A stretch of DNA of 64,000 nucleotides from positions 1 through 64,000 of the IMG/VR virus record IMGVR_UViG_3300043409_000680. One strand, written 5' to 3'. The notes below the pieces were generated by a model, which was not told where the DNA came from, made no database searches, and saw nothing but the letters and a program-made list of their open reading frames with translations. The DNA comes from a virus. This document shows positions 47,682-56,042 of the stretch, in pieces (the stretch's first letter is position 1; every line of letters starts with the position of its first letter). Both the position numbers and the translations under genes were made by a program.

Positions 47682-48003
47682 AGGTTACCGCTCACAGAAA
47701 GTAGTAGCTAACTACTTAGCTGAGCACGGGTTTCCATTTGCTGAGTCTACTGGTGCAGGCCGTCCCGGTACAGATATTACTGGCACTGTTGGTATTGACT
47801 GGGAAGTAAAAGCACGTAAGGATTTCAGCCCTAGCACGGTAATTAAACAGCTTAAGGATCGTTCTAATGGAAAAGATCTACCCGTTGCTGTACTGCGCTT
47901 AAATGGGCAAGGAGAGGCTTCTATTGGGGAGTGGGTGACCATCCTTAGACTAGAAGACTTTGTAAAGCTACTTAAGGATGCGGGATACGGCGATACACCT
48001 TAG
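47656..48003 (+). CDS. Holliday junction resolvase-like PD-(D/E)XK nuclease
   Basis: RG...Q..VA.YL...G; G.DI.G....WEVKAR. Confidence 0.75.
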   Translation: MPSQHRKHRGYRSQKVVANYLAEHGFPFAESTGAGRPGTDITGTVGIDWEVKARKDFSPSTVIKQLKDRSNGKDLPVAVLRLNGQGEASIGEWVTILRLEDFVKLLKDAGYGDTP

Positions 48004-48053
48004 AATAGTACTTAGGTGGGCGACTATAAATCGAACCTAAAGGACTACAAATT

Positions 48054-48332
48054 GTGACTGAAATTCAAGAAGAAAACATCCTGCGTGCAGGAGCCGGCTC
48101 AAATGCTCAATCATTAGGGTCTGCAATAGCACACGCTTTATATGAATCCCCACAGGTTAAGGTAAGGGCCGTAGGCGCCTCAGCCGTAAACCAAGCAGTG
48201 AAGGCAATTGCTATCGCTAGTGGCTACGTAGCCCCTAGAGGAATGCGATTAGCTACTATCCCCGGGTTTACCACAGTGGACTCTAGAGATGGAAAAATCT
48301 CAGCAATAGTATTTACAATTTTCTCTATTTGA
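48054..48332 (+). CDS. spoVS: Stage V sporulation protein S family (Alba-like nucleic-acid-binding protein)
   Basis: S...S.G.AIA......V...AVGA.AVNQAVKAIAIA.GYVAP.G......PGF......ISAI.F. Confidence 0.9.
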   Translation: MTEIQEENILRAGAGSNAQSLGSAIAHALYESPQVKVRAVGASAVNQAVKAIAIASGYVAPRGMRLATIPGFTTVDSRDGKISAIVFTIFSI

Positions 48333-48361
48333 TATACTCTTAGGGCAAGAGCTCGAGCTCT
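48333..48361 (+). promoter_or_regulatory. -10 TATACT followed by a 14-bp palindrome AGAGCTCGAGCTCT (candidate operator)
   Basis: TATACT 48333-48338; palindrome 48348-48361. Confidence 0.45.
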
Positions 48362-48380
48362 CTAACAGTTAGGTACCAAC

Positions 48381-48740
48381 ATGGCAAAGTCAGATCTAGA
48401 CACTGCGGTAGCCGCAGGAAACACACAGGGTCGTTCTACTATGGGTAGCGAAGGCGTGAAGTTTTCTTCACCGTCTGCCTCACCAGCATCAGGAACACTT
48501 GTAGAAAAGAAGAACACAGCAGCTGGGGACCCAACAGCTTCTGGAACAAAAGCAAATCGTGTGAACGTACAGCAGACTCCAGCAATGGAGCGTAATGGTG
48601 CGGCTAACACAATTAAAGGTATGTATATGAAGCAAACCGATCCCGCAGCAGGACTAACACAGGCTAATGGCCGTATTGTTTCTCCTTCAGTAGTTCGTAG
48701 CACACAAAGCTTTGATCAAGGAATTGGCACTTCGTACTAA
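48381..48740 (+). CDS. Hypothetical low-complexity protein
   Basis: ORF track; codon usage resembles the structural genes. Confidence 0.65.
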   Translation: MAKSDLDTAVAAGNTQGRSTMGSEGVKFSSPSASPASGTLVEKKNTAAGDPTASGTKANRVNVQQTPAMERNGAANTIKGMYMKQTDPAAGLTQANGRIVSPSVVRSTQSFDQGIGTSY

Positions 48741-48744
48741 AATA

Positions 48745-48788
48745 TGTTATAATAAGTAATAGGGCCTGACTAACCTCGGGCCCTATTA
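48745..48788 (+). promoter_or_regulatory. Extended -10 promoter (TGtTATAAT) plus 5' leader hairpin
   Basis: TATAAT 48748-48753; taatagggcctga / tcgggccctatta stem; AGGAGG follows. Confidence 0.65.
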
Positions 48789-48803
48789 AAATTAGGAGGC
48801 GCA

Positions 48804-49034
48804 ATGCTAGAACAGTTATATGAAAAAGCAAAACTAGAAAGCGTAGCTAACCGCTGCGTTGTAGCACAATGGGGCCAGCAATTTACAGGCTCTGACAAAG
48901 AAGCCTTTAATGCATCTATTGCAGATGATGACTTCTCTAATAAAAACCTGTTTAACTTATACAAAGATGCCGGGGCCAACTTTAGTTTAACTTCTCTCCG
49001 TGCTCATAGAGTAGGAGAATGTGGATGTCGCTAG
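48804..49034 (+). CDS. Small Zn-binding HTH-like protein
   Basis: C.V...S.TSLRAHR.GECGC. Confidence 0.65.
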   Translation: MLEQLYEKAKLESVANRCVVAQWGQQFTGSDKEAFNASIADDDFSNKNLFNLYKDAGANFSLTSLRAHRVGECGCR

Positions 49035-50170
49035 GTGATGCATACAGTGAGGCAAAGACAGACGCTACGTCGTCTAATGGAATTAACTCCATTGAAAAAT
49101 TACTTAAGGCCAATGGCCTAACCCCTGAAGATGTAGGGAAGATTAGCAAGGTTAGCCTTTCTAATAACCCTGATGATACAAAAATTATTCTTTCTCCTAA
49201 GTGGAGTGAAGGACCAAAATGGCAACCTGTACAGCAGGCTGCACCTACAGTAGTTACCCCTAAAGAACGAACACCTGCACTTATATCAAGTGATTGGAAA
49301 GTTGCAGTAGCGCTTCCAGATCCTCAGATAGGATATCGTCGCTATGAAGATGGTTCTTTAGATCCGTTTCACGATGAAGCAGCTATGGATGTGGCCCTAC
49401 AAGTTGTAGGACTAGACCATGGCCACCCTCTTGCTCAGGTAATTAACCTCGGGGATTTCTTAGATCTCCCTATGTATGGTACTTACGAGCAAGAGGCTGT
49501 GTTTGCAATGACTGCACAGAAGGCCATTGACCGTGGACACTTGTTCCTTGCCCAGCAACGTGCTGAAGCTGGTGCAGATGCGCGTATTATCTTATTAGAG
49601 GGTAACCACGATAAGCGTCTGTCCCGTTTTATTAACACAAATGCAGCAGCAGCTTACGGCCTTAAAGTGGCTAATATGCCAGATTCATGGCCTGTAAACA
49701 GTTTGCAAAATTTATTACGTTGCGATGAACTAGGAGTTGAGTTTATTGATGGATATCCTGCAGCAGCACACTGGATTAACAAACGTCTTCGTGCTATGCA
49801 CGGTGATCGTGCTAATAGCGCTGGTTCGACTGCTGCACAGTATGCAAATTCAAATCCAAATATATCCACACTTTTCGGCCATACACATCGCATGGAGCAA
49901 CAGTCCAAGACTGTATTTGATCGTGACCAAGCAATTAAGAGTGTGTCTTTTAGCCCGGGATGCCTCTGCAGAGTTGATGGGGCCGTACCCTCTGTTAAGG
50001 GCGGTGTGGATGTCAAGGGTCAAGCTTTACAGTACTTTGAAAACTGGCAACAAGGAGTAAGTGTTATCTTCTTTAAAGACGGGGATGACGACAGCTTCCA
50101 CTTTGACCAGGTACATATACATAAAGGTAAAACTATGTACCGTGGACAAGAAATACAGGCTAAAATGTAG
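49025..50170 (+). CDS. Calcineurin-like metallophosphoesterase
   Basis: LPDPQ, LGDFLD, EGNHD, MHG, FGHTHR, WQQG. Confidence 0.9.
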   Translation: MSLGDAYSEAKTDATSSNGINSIEKLLKANGLTPEDVGKISKVSLSNNPDDTKIILSPKWSEGPKWQPVQQAAPTVVTPKERTPALISSDWKVAVALPDPQIGYRRYEDGSLDPFHDEAAMDVALQVVGLDHGHPLAQVINLGDFLDLPMYGTYEQEAVFAMTAQKAIDRGHLFLAQQRAEAGADARIILLEGNHDKRLSRFINTNAAAAYGLKVANMPDSWPVNSLQNLLRCDELGVEFIDGYPAAAHWINKRLRAMHGDRANSAGSTAAQYANSNPNISTLFGHTHRMEQQSKTVFDRDQAIKSVSFSPGCLCRVDGAVPSVKGGVDVKGQALQYFENWQQGVSVIFFKDGDDDSFHFDQVHIHKGKTMYRGQEIQAKM

Positions 50171-50185
50171 CGCATTTAGCAGTAC

Positions 50186-50231
50186 GAAAAGTCCGGTGTA
50201 ATGCATACTATGTGCATACGCCGGCTTTTTC
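50186..50231. terminator. Long hairpin, probable (bidirectional) terminator
   Basis: gaaaagtccggtgta.atgcata / tgtgcatacgccggcttttt. Confidence 0.65.
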
Positions 50232-50253
50232 ATTGTAAAGGACTATATGTACC

Positions 50254-50565
50254 GTGAATATCAATAATGTTTCTATGTGGGCTACAGCAATAAGTGGTTA
50301 TTTATTTATAGTATTAACTTTCTTAGCTGGCGCTAGATGGGCATTTAAACACTATTTACAAAACATACTTCAAGACTTTAAAGAAGCTATTCTTCCTATA
50401 CAAGAACTTAAACCAAATGGCGGTAATTCTTTAAATGATAGAATTAATAAACAAATTATTCCTATGCTAGATACGCTTATAGAAAAACAACAGACAATTG
50501 CTGTAGATCTAGCCACATTAGATGGTAAGTTTGAGCAGCACATAAGAGAGCATAACAAATCATGA
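50254..50565 (+). CDS. Membrane protein of the lysis cassette (TM + coiled coil)
   Basis: N-terminal TM; ELKPNGG.SL.D motif. Confidence 0.7.
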   Translation: MNINNVSMWATAISGYLFIVLTFLAGARWAFKHYLQNILQDFKEAILPIQELKPNGGNSLNDRINKQIIPMLDTLIEKQQTIAVDLATLDGKFEQHIREHNKS

Positions 50566-51053
50566 GTGACGAAGCATACGTTCCACGCCCCGGTGATTTT
50601 GGTGTAGTAAAAACTGACGGCATTATTGGTAGACTTATTCGTGTTGGTACAGCATCTAGATGGAATCATGCTTTTATTTATCTAGGTGATGGACTTATTG
50701 TAGAGGCTAATCCCACCGGAGTAGCTATCAGCTCTGTAAGTAAGTACCCTCAAATTGCTTGGAATCGCCACACAAATATACCAGCAAAGACTAGAGATAA
50801 GATTGTAGAAGCTGCTTATAAAGAAGTAGGTAAGCCATATGCTTTCTTAGATATCATCGTTATATTTCTTAGGATTATAGGATTAAGATTTATTCGTCCA
50901 AACACTTTTTGGAAGAAGCTTTCAGATATAAATGGTTGGTTTTGCTCTGAACTCGTGTCGTATTGTTACAGAACCTCTGGAATACCTATTCTTAAAAAGA
51001 AAGATGATCTGGTTACCCCAGGAGATTTAGCTGAGTTTTTGGTTTATCAATGA
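50562..51053 (+). CDS. Permuted papain-like NlpC/P60 enzyme (YiiX/YaeF family)
   Basis: PGD, WNHA.IY.G...VEA, GKPY, FCSELV, TPGDL. Confidence 0.85.
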   Translation: MSDEAYVPRPGDFGVVKTDGIIGRLIRVGTASRWNHAFIYLGDGLIVEANPTGVAISSVSKYPQIAWNRHTNIPAKTRDKIVEAAYKEVGKPYAFLDIIVIFLRIIGLRFIRPNTFWKKLSDINGWFCSELVSYCYRTSGIPILKKKDDLVTPGDLAEFLVYQ

Positions 51054-51898
51054 GCAGCGCCGCGGAGGTACTTGAGGCCGCTCGTACTCAAATAGGAACC
51101 ATAGAAGGTAAGAATAACGACAGTAAGTATGGCAAGTGGTATGGATTAAACCATGAACCTTATTGCGCTATGTTTGTTTCTTGGTGTTTTAATGAGGTTG
51201 GTATAGCTTCTATTGTGGCTGCACAAAGCAAAAAAGGTTTTGCTTCCTGTAGTGCGGGTTTGACTTGGTTTCAGAAAAAAGGACTTGTTGTAGATAAGTA
51301 CAAAGCTCAACCAGGAGACATTGTATTTTTCCAGTTTGACAGAGATGCACAGCCTGACCATGTTGGCATTATAGAAAACGCCAGCAAAGATGGAATCACT
51401 ACCATTGAAGGAAATACTTCTCCAGATCATTCACTTGGATCCCAATCTAACGGTGGGGGCGTATATCGCCGTCATCGCTCTTATCTTCAAGTTATGGCTA
51501 TAGTTCGACCTAAGTACCCTGTTGTGTCTAAACCCTCATCTTCTTTACTGCAAAGTAAAAAACTAGCTGGTGGCGTAGCTGCAGTTACCGCTCTTGGTGG
51601 GGGTAGTGCAGCCACTCTCAATAATAATAGTACAACAGATACAAAAGCCCCCACAGTAATTGCAGCACCCCAATTTCCAGGAGTATCAGCATTTAAAATA
51701 GGGTCTAAAAATGCAGCTGTACTAGCTGTAGAAACTGCCCTTGCTAAAAAAGGTCTACTCCCAAAGAACTTAGCAGAGGGCGTGTACACTAAAGAAACCA
51801 CAGCCGCAATTAAAAAATACCAGGCATCCCATTTGACTCTAGGTAAAGCTGATGGTATAATTGGTATTAAGACGTACCGTTCAATTACAAAGGGGTAG
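51050..51898 (+). CDS. Endolysin: CHAP amidase plus peptidoglycan-binding domain
   Basis: PYCAMFVSW, PGDIVFF, HVGI, IEGN; C-terminal T.AAIK.YQ......DGIIG..T. Confidence 0.9.
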   Translation: MSSAAEVLEAARTQIGTIEGKNNDSKYGKWYGLNHEPYCAMFVSWCFNEVGIASIVAAQSKKGFASCSAGLTWFQKKGLVVDKYKAQPGDIVFFQFDRDAQPDHVGIIENASKDGITTIEGNTSPDHSLGSQSNGGGVYRRHRSYLQVMAIVRPKYPVVSKPSSSLLQSKKLAGGVAAVTALGGGSAATLNNNSTTDTKAPTVIAAPQFPGVSAFKIGSKNAAVLAVETALAKKGLLPKNLAEGVYTKETTAAIKKYQASHLTLGKADGIIGIKTYRSITKG

Positions 51899-51902
51899 AT
51901 AA

Positions 51903-52133
51903 ATGGGAGTAAAGTTAAACTTAACTAACCCAGTATCTATGGGAATTGCGGGGAGTGCTGGAATGACTACCTGGGCAGCTATGGGTTACCCAACAGATCC
52001 AAAACAACTAATAGCAGTAGCAACCACTGTGCTTGCTGGTTCAGCCCAGACTACTAGTTACTCTTCAAAGCCAAACGTCTCAGCGGATTCACATATTGTG
52101 ACTCCATACGTAAACAACATCGAAAGCGAGTAA
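51903..52133 (+). CDS. Putative holin / small membrane protein
   Basis: Two weakly hydrophobic segments after the endolysin gene. Confidence 0.5.
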   Translation: MGVKLNLTNPVSMGIAGSAGMTTWAAMGYPTDPKQLIAVATTVLAGSAQTTSYSSKPNVSADSHIVTPYVNNIESE

Positions 52134-52136
52134 TAC

Positions 52137-52313
52137 ATGAACGCAAAGACAAAAACACTAGTAGAATACTATCTAATTGCCGTTGCAGCAGCCGGCGTAG
52201 CTATTTATCAGGGCGGAAACCACGATGTAAAACAGGTCGCATGGGCAGCTGTTATTGGTGTACTTGGTCCAGTTGCTAAAGCAGCTTGGGATAAAGTCAA
52301 ACCATCAAAGTAA
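52137..52313 (+). CDS. Putative holin (58 aa, 2 TM)
   Basis: YYLIAVAAAGVAIY and VAWAAVIGVLGPV; basic C-terminus. Confidence 0.65.
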   Translation: MNAKTKTLVEYYLIAVAAAGVAIYQGGNHDVKQVAWAAVIGVLGPVAKAAWDKVKPSK

Positions 52314-52324
52314 GTATTTAACAC

Positions 52325-52360
52325 CAAGGCCCCGGGGATTACACCTCGGGGTTTTGTTAT
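52325..52360 (+). terminator. Rho-independent terminator
   Basis: caaggccccgggg / cctcggggttttg followed by T-rich sequence. Confidence 0.75.
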
Positions 52361-52394
52361 TTGCGGTATGATAGGAAGGGTCTAAGGAGTATAT

Positions 52395-52940
52395 ATGGCA
52401 CAGTCGCATCAAAACTGGCAGTATCTCGGTGCTAGCGGTTATATTGGAGCGTACACTACAACAGGTGGTGGCGGTACTCCTGTCGTACCACGAAGTGGTA
52501 TGGACTTCATCCGTATGGGTGTTGGTCGTGCTCCGCAAGCAGAGTATCCAGATGGCTACCTAGGAACTATTCGTTCACGTCGTGACGATAAGGGTAAACC
52601 TTATGCTATGTCCGACACAGTATTAGACTCACTAAAGAATCGCCAGAACCAGCGGGCGTATCAACGTGGAGTTCACAAAGGTGAGCGCATTGATCCAGGT
52701 TCATATATGTGGCCAGAAGGTCTAGAACCAGATCGTCGCTTAAACCCAAAGAAATATAAATTTGAAGACAATGACGGTGGAATTACTATGGTGACTGCAC
52801 GCTATGCTCCAGAAGCTAAATTAGCTCCTCCTCCACATCTTGTTAATGATGGTAAAGCAAACATTTCTGCTAACGTACCAGCAGAATTTAATCCTCGCAC
52901 AGCACAGTACTTTACACACTTAAAACCACGGTGGAAGTAA
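52395..52940 (+). CDS. Hypothetical protein
   Basis: AAGGAG RBS; AEYPDGYLGTI.SRR, RGVHKGERID. Confidence 0.7.
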   Translation: MAQSHQNWQYLGASGYIGAYTTTGGGGTPVVPRSGMDFIRMGVGRAPQAEYPDGYLGTIRSRRDDKGKPYAMSDTVLDSLKNRQNQRAYQRGVHKGERIDPGSYMWPEGLEPDRRLNPKKYKFEDNDGGITMVTARYAPEAKLAPPPHLVNDGKANISANVPAEFNPRTAQYFTHLKPRWK

Positions 52941-53584
52941 TGGCTCGTATATCTAACAGAGCAGTAACTGGGTTTTCTACACCCGACAATCCAGTAACTG
53001 GCCCAAGACATGGTAGACCCGTAAACTTTACTATTGATAGTGAAAAAGCTCCGCCTCCCGTAGATGATGAAGGCATAGAAATGCTTAGCAATCATGAAGT
53101 TGGTGAAATATTTGGCTGGAATAATCATAATTCAAAACGTATTAGTTATAATAAACCTATAAAACAGTATAAAGTTTACCCTACTAAAGAAAAAATTGAA
53201 AATTCAGAAAACACTGGACAAGGTGCACGTACTTGGTTTAGCTTATCTCATGTTGTAGAACATTTAGAGGACGCAGCAAAAGATGACCCTAAATGGAAAG
53301 GCGCACATACTTTTCATTCAAACAGGCTAAAACAAGCTCGCAAAATAGAAAAAACTCGCATTAAAAATGGCGGGGAAGTTTTTAATACTACTAATCAACC
53401 GCACCCAGCTAATAAAGTTAAAGGTATCTTTGGGCCTGATATCCGTAAATGGACTGAACAACGTGTAGGTATGACTAAGGGGCAATATGCGCCTTCAACA
53501 GAAAATGATTTAAGTTCAAATTTAGATAACCCCTATAACAATGGATTATTTACTTCAGTAGAAGACAGAGGAAACCCATCATGA
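52940..53584 (+). CDS. Hypothetical protein
   Basis: TAATG overlap. Confidence 0.65.
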   Translation: MARISNRAVTGFSTPDNPVTGPRHGRPVNFTIDSEKAPPPVDDEGIEMLSNHEVGEIFGWNNHNSKRISYNKPIKQYKVYPTKEKIENSENTGQGARTWFSLSHVVEHLEDAAKDDPKWKGAHTFHSNRLKQARKIEKTRIKNGGEVFNTTNQPHPANKVKGIFGPDIRKWTEQRVGMTKGQYAPSTENDLSSNLDNPYNNGLFTSVEDRGNPS

Positions 53585-53937
53585 TGAACCAAGACAGCGT
53601 TTATGATCATAGCAAAGGTCGTGCCATAGTTGGAGATGAGCCAGAACCAAATCTTCTCCGGTATGACTTCATGGGTCCATTTGCTAACATTCAAGAGGCA
53701 AACATGGCCAGAGCCCTTAAATCTGTTACTATGCCAGCACAGCTGCTTCCAGACTTAGTACGACCACCCCTTCCTAACTTAGTTTTGTTTCCACCACGTT
53801 TTGGGTATCGTACTCGTGAATTAGGAATCCTAGATGTAATGGATGTTAATGAAGAGTTCCAGCCAACCCGTGTAGACTTTACACGTGAACCCGGCGGTTA
53901 CCAGGGAACTGTTAGAAATGGATCCCTAGGAGTATAA
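53581..53937 (+). CDS. Hypothetical protein
   Basis: ATGA overlap. Confidence 0.65.
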   Translation: MMNQDSVYDHSKGRAIVGDEPEPNLLRYDFMGPFANIQEANMARALKSVTMPAQLLPDLVRPPLPNLVLFPPRFGYRTRELGILDVMDVNEEFQPTRVDFTREPGGYQGTVRNGSLGV

Positions 53938-54107
53938 TGAAAGAAGAGATTTCTACTGAGACTATCTATGAGGGTAGTGTTCAATGCCCTAAATGCGACC
54001 GGATTATGACCCCTCTAGAGGTTATGTACGCTGGTGGTAAACTATGTCCAGACTGTAGAAATCGCCAGTATGAATACCACACAAAGAATAAGATGGTAAA
54101 TGACTAA
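53937..54107 (+). CDS. Small Zn-finger protein (56 aa, CPKC...CPDC)
   Basis: TAATG overlap; two CxxC motifs. Confidence 0.65.
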   Translation: MKEEISTETIYEGSVQCPKCDRIMTPLEVMYAGGKLCPDCRNRQYEYHTKNKMVND

Positions 54108-54420
54108 GCCCGTTACTAGTCGGGGAAGATCCCCTAGGCCTAAGAAAGTTCCTAGTCCTAAAGTATCCAAACCAAATACTAGTGCTTCTAGAAGTCAGGC
54201 TCATGAGACTTCACACGTTAAAAAAGAGTTCCATAGCTCAGATAACTGGAAAAAAGTAGTTCGGGATGCCCCATGGGTCGGTGGACAATCCTCTGATTTA
54301 AACCCAGGCAGTACTGGAGCAATAGGTCGCAGAAAGAATAGCTCTAAGTTTAAAGCAAGGGGCAAAAAAGTAATTCGCCCTAGAATACAAAAACACCGCA
54401 AACAGACAGACAAGAAATAA
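54100..54420 (+). CDS. Highly basic disordered protein
   Basis: K/R/S/P-rich. Confidence 0.6.
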   Translation: MTKPVTSRGRSPRPKKVPSPKVSKPNTSASRSQAHETSHVKKEFHSSDNWKKVVRDAPWVGGQSSDLNPGSTGAIGRRKNSSKFKARGKKVIRPRIQKHRKQTDKK

Positions 54421-54441
54421 AAATAGGGGGATACTTACACC

Positions 54442-54618
54442 ATGGCTACTCATAGAATCATGACCCCAGACGGCAAGAAAGCCGACGGAGTTATTGTTAA
54501 GAAGGCTGTAGCTAAGACTTCTGAGCAGAAGATTAGACAGAAGATTAGAGAAGAGTTAAAGGCAAAAGCAGATGCTAAGCCTAAGGCAAAAAAACTACCA
54601 GGAAAGAAGAAAAAATAA
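54442..54618 (+). CDS. Lys-rich small protein (58 aa)
   Basis: MATHRIMTPDGKK...PGKKKK; TAATG overlap with next gene. Confidence 0.6.
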   Translation: MATHRIMTPDGKKADGVIVKKAVAKTSEQKIRQKIREELKAKADAKPKAKKLPGKKKK

Positions 54619-54878
54619 TGGGACTATTAAGTTTTGTTCGTAACCGTAAGGCGGTAGTTGCTTCACGTGCTACAACGTCGGGAATACCTGATAATTGGGA
54701 CGAGCCCTATGTTCACCCAACAGGGCCTAGCAATAAAGAATTAATGGCAGCTAAAGATGCAAAAACAGCTGCAAAAAATGAAGCAAATAACACACCGAGG
54801 AAACCAGTAACTTTTTCACAACCAGATATGACAAATGACCCACACAAGTATCGTTTAACAAGTTATGGTGATGATTAA
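54618..54878 (+). CDS. Hypothetical protein (N-terminus MGLLSFVRNRKAVVASRA)
   Basis: ORF track. Confidence 0.65.
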   Translation: MGLLSFVRNRKAVVASRATTSGIPDNWDEPYVHPTGPSNKELMAAKDAKTAAKNEANNTPRKPVTFSQPDMTNDPHKYRLTSYGDD

Positions 54879-54879
54879 C

Positions 54880-55176
54880 ATGGGACTAGGTAGTTTTGTA
54901 CGTTCTCGTAAAGCTGTAAAAGCTTCACGCGCTTCTTTAAATGGTATTGCTGGTCATCAAGCTGCTATGAAAGCATTAGGTAACCAGATGTCTAGAAAAA
55001 GCCGTGATCGCATGAGCTCAGAAAATATTGCAAAACGAAGTGTTCAGATTGACTCAGATAATGCTTCTCGTAACATTAAACCTATTACAGTAGATAACAG
55101 CCCAGAGTCAAAAATAAGAGTAACTCACTCTATAGATAACCTAGCAGCAAAGTATGCGGAAGAAGGACCACTATAA
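54880..55176 (+). CDS. Hypothetical protein (N-terminus MGLGSFVRSRKAVKASRA)
   Basis: Start set by paralogy with the previous gene. Confidence 0.65.
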   Translation: MGLGSFVRSRKAVKASRASLNGIAGHQAAMKALGNQMSRKSRDRMSSENIAKRSVQIDSDNASRNIKPITVDNSPESKIRVTHSIDNLAAKYAEEGPL

Positions 55177-55457
55177 TGGCAACTAACGAATCACGTTCTC
55201 TTAATGAGAGCCTATCAGAGGGATCAACAGACGGTAAGTACCGTAAAGTTGCTCCTAACCGTACTGTAGATCCAGGCATGGGTGATGAAATCACTACAGC
55301 TAACCGCCGTGGTCTACACCCATATTGGAACTATGATTTTATTGATCAAGAAGCTCCTATTAAGGTAGAGCCAGGTAAGATGGACGCTCCTTCAAAGAAG
55401 CGCTCTCCTATGCCTGTAGCTGATATCTCTAACAATCAGATGCTTGGTACATACTAG
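55176..55457 (+). CDS. Hypothetical protein
   Basis: TAATG overlap; AAGGA RBS. Confidence 0.65.
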   Translation: MATNESRSLNESLSEGSTDGKYRKVAPNRTVDPGMGDEITTANRRGLHPYWNYDFIDQEAPIKVEPGKMDAPSKKRSPMPVADISNNQMLGTY

Positions 55458-55461
55458 TACT

Positions 55462-55653
55462 ATGGGAAACTATGTATACAACAGAAACAAAAGTCGTAGA
55501 ACTTTTGGCCGTAATCCTCAAGAAATAGGGGATGCTGTAACGGCTTCTGGTATACCTGATGATGTAAGCTCCCCTAATGTTAAACCACTCAGAGATACTG
55601 CTGAGTTAAGAAAAATTGCTGCTGATTTAAAAGACCCTAAAAGGAAAAAATAA
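55462..55653 (+). CDS. Hypothetical basic protein
   Basis: ATG start at 55462. Confidence 0.55.
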   Translation: MGNYVYNRNKSRRTFGRNPQEIGDAVTASGIPDDVSSPNVKPLRDTAELRKIAADLKDPKRKK

Positions 55654-55654
55654 C

Positions 55655-56035
55655 ATGGCTAAAAAGTCTGCTAAAATGATTATGCAACAAAGAAAGAACT
55701 TTGCTGTCGCAAAATCTAAATTAGTAGACACAGTAAAAAAGAATTACATAGACCCTGTTAGGCGTGACCCCAACACTCCTAAAGAACCTAGAGCTAAGTT
55801 TGGCTCATGGGAAGGTAGAACATCTACTTTTTTTGGTCTTTCTCCAAGTCAAAATGAAAATAGAGAAATACAGCCAGTACAAGGCGCACTAGATAACCAT
55901 ATACAAAATGCACAGGCCAATGCACCTGAATCTTTGGGGTTAAAGAGGGTCAATCATTTTAATACAGGTGGTTCTGAGCATCTAGCTACTGTTACTGACA
56001 TAGGTCCAGATAGCGCAATTCGAAACCGTAAGTAA
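55655..56035 (+). CDS. Hypothetical basic protein
   Basis: ORF track. Confidence 0.6.
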   Translation: MAKKSAKMIMQQRKNFAVAKSKLVDTVKKNYIDPVRRDPNTPKEPRAKFGSWEGRTSTFFGLSPSQNENREIQPVQGALDNHIQNAQANAPESLGLKRVNHFNTGGSEHLATVTDIGPDSAIRNRK

Positions 56036-56042
56036 TAGTATA

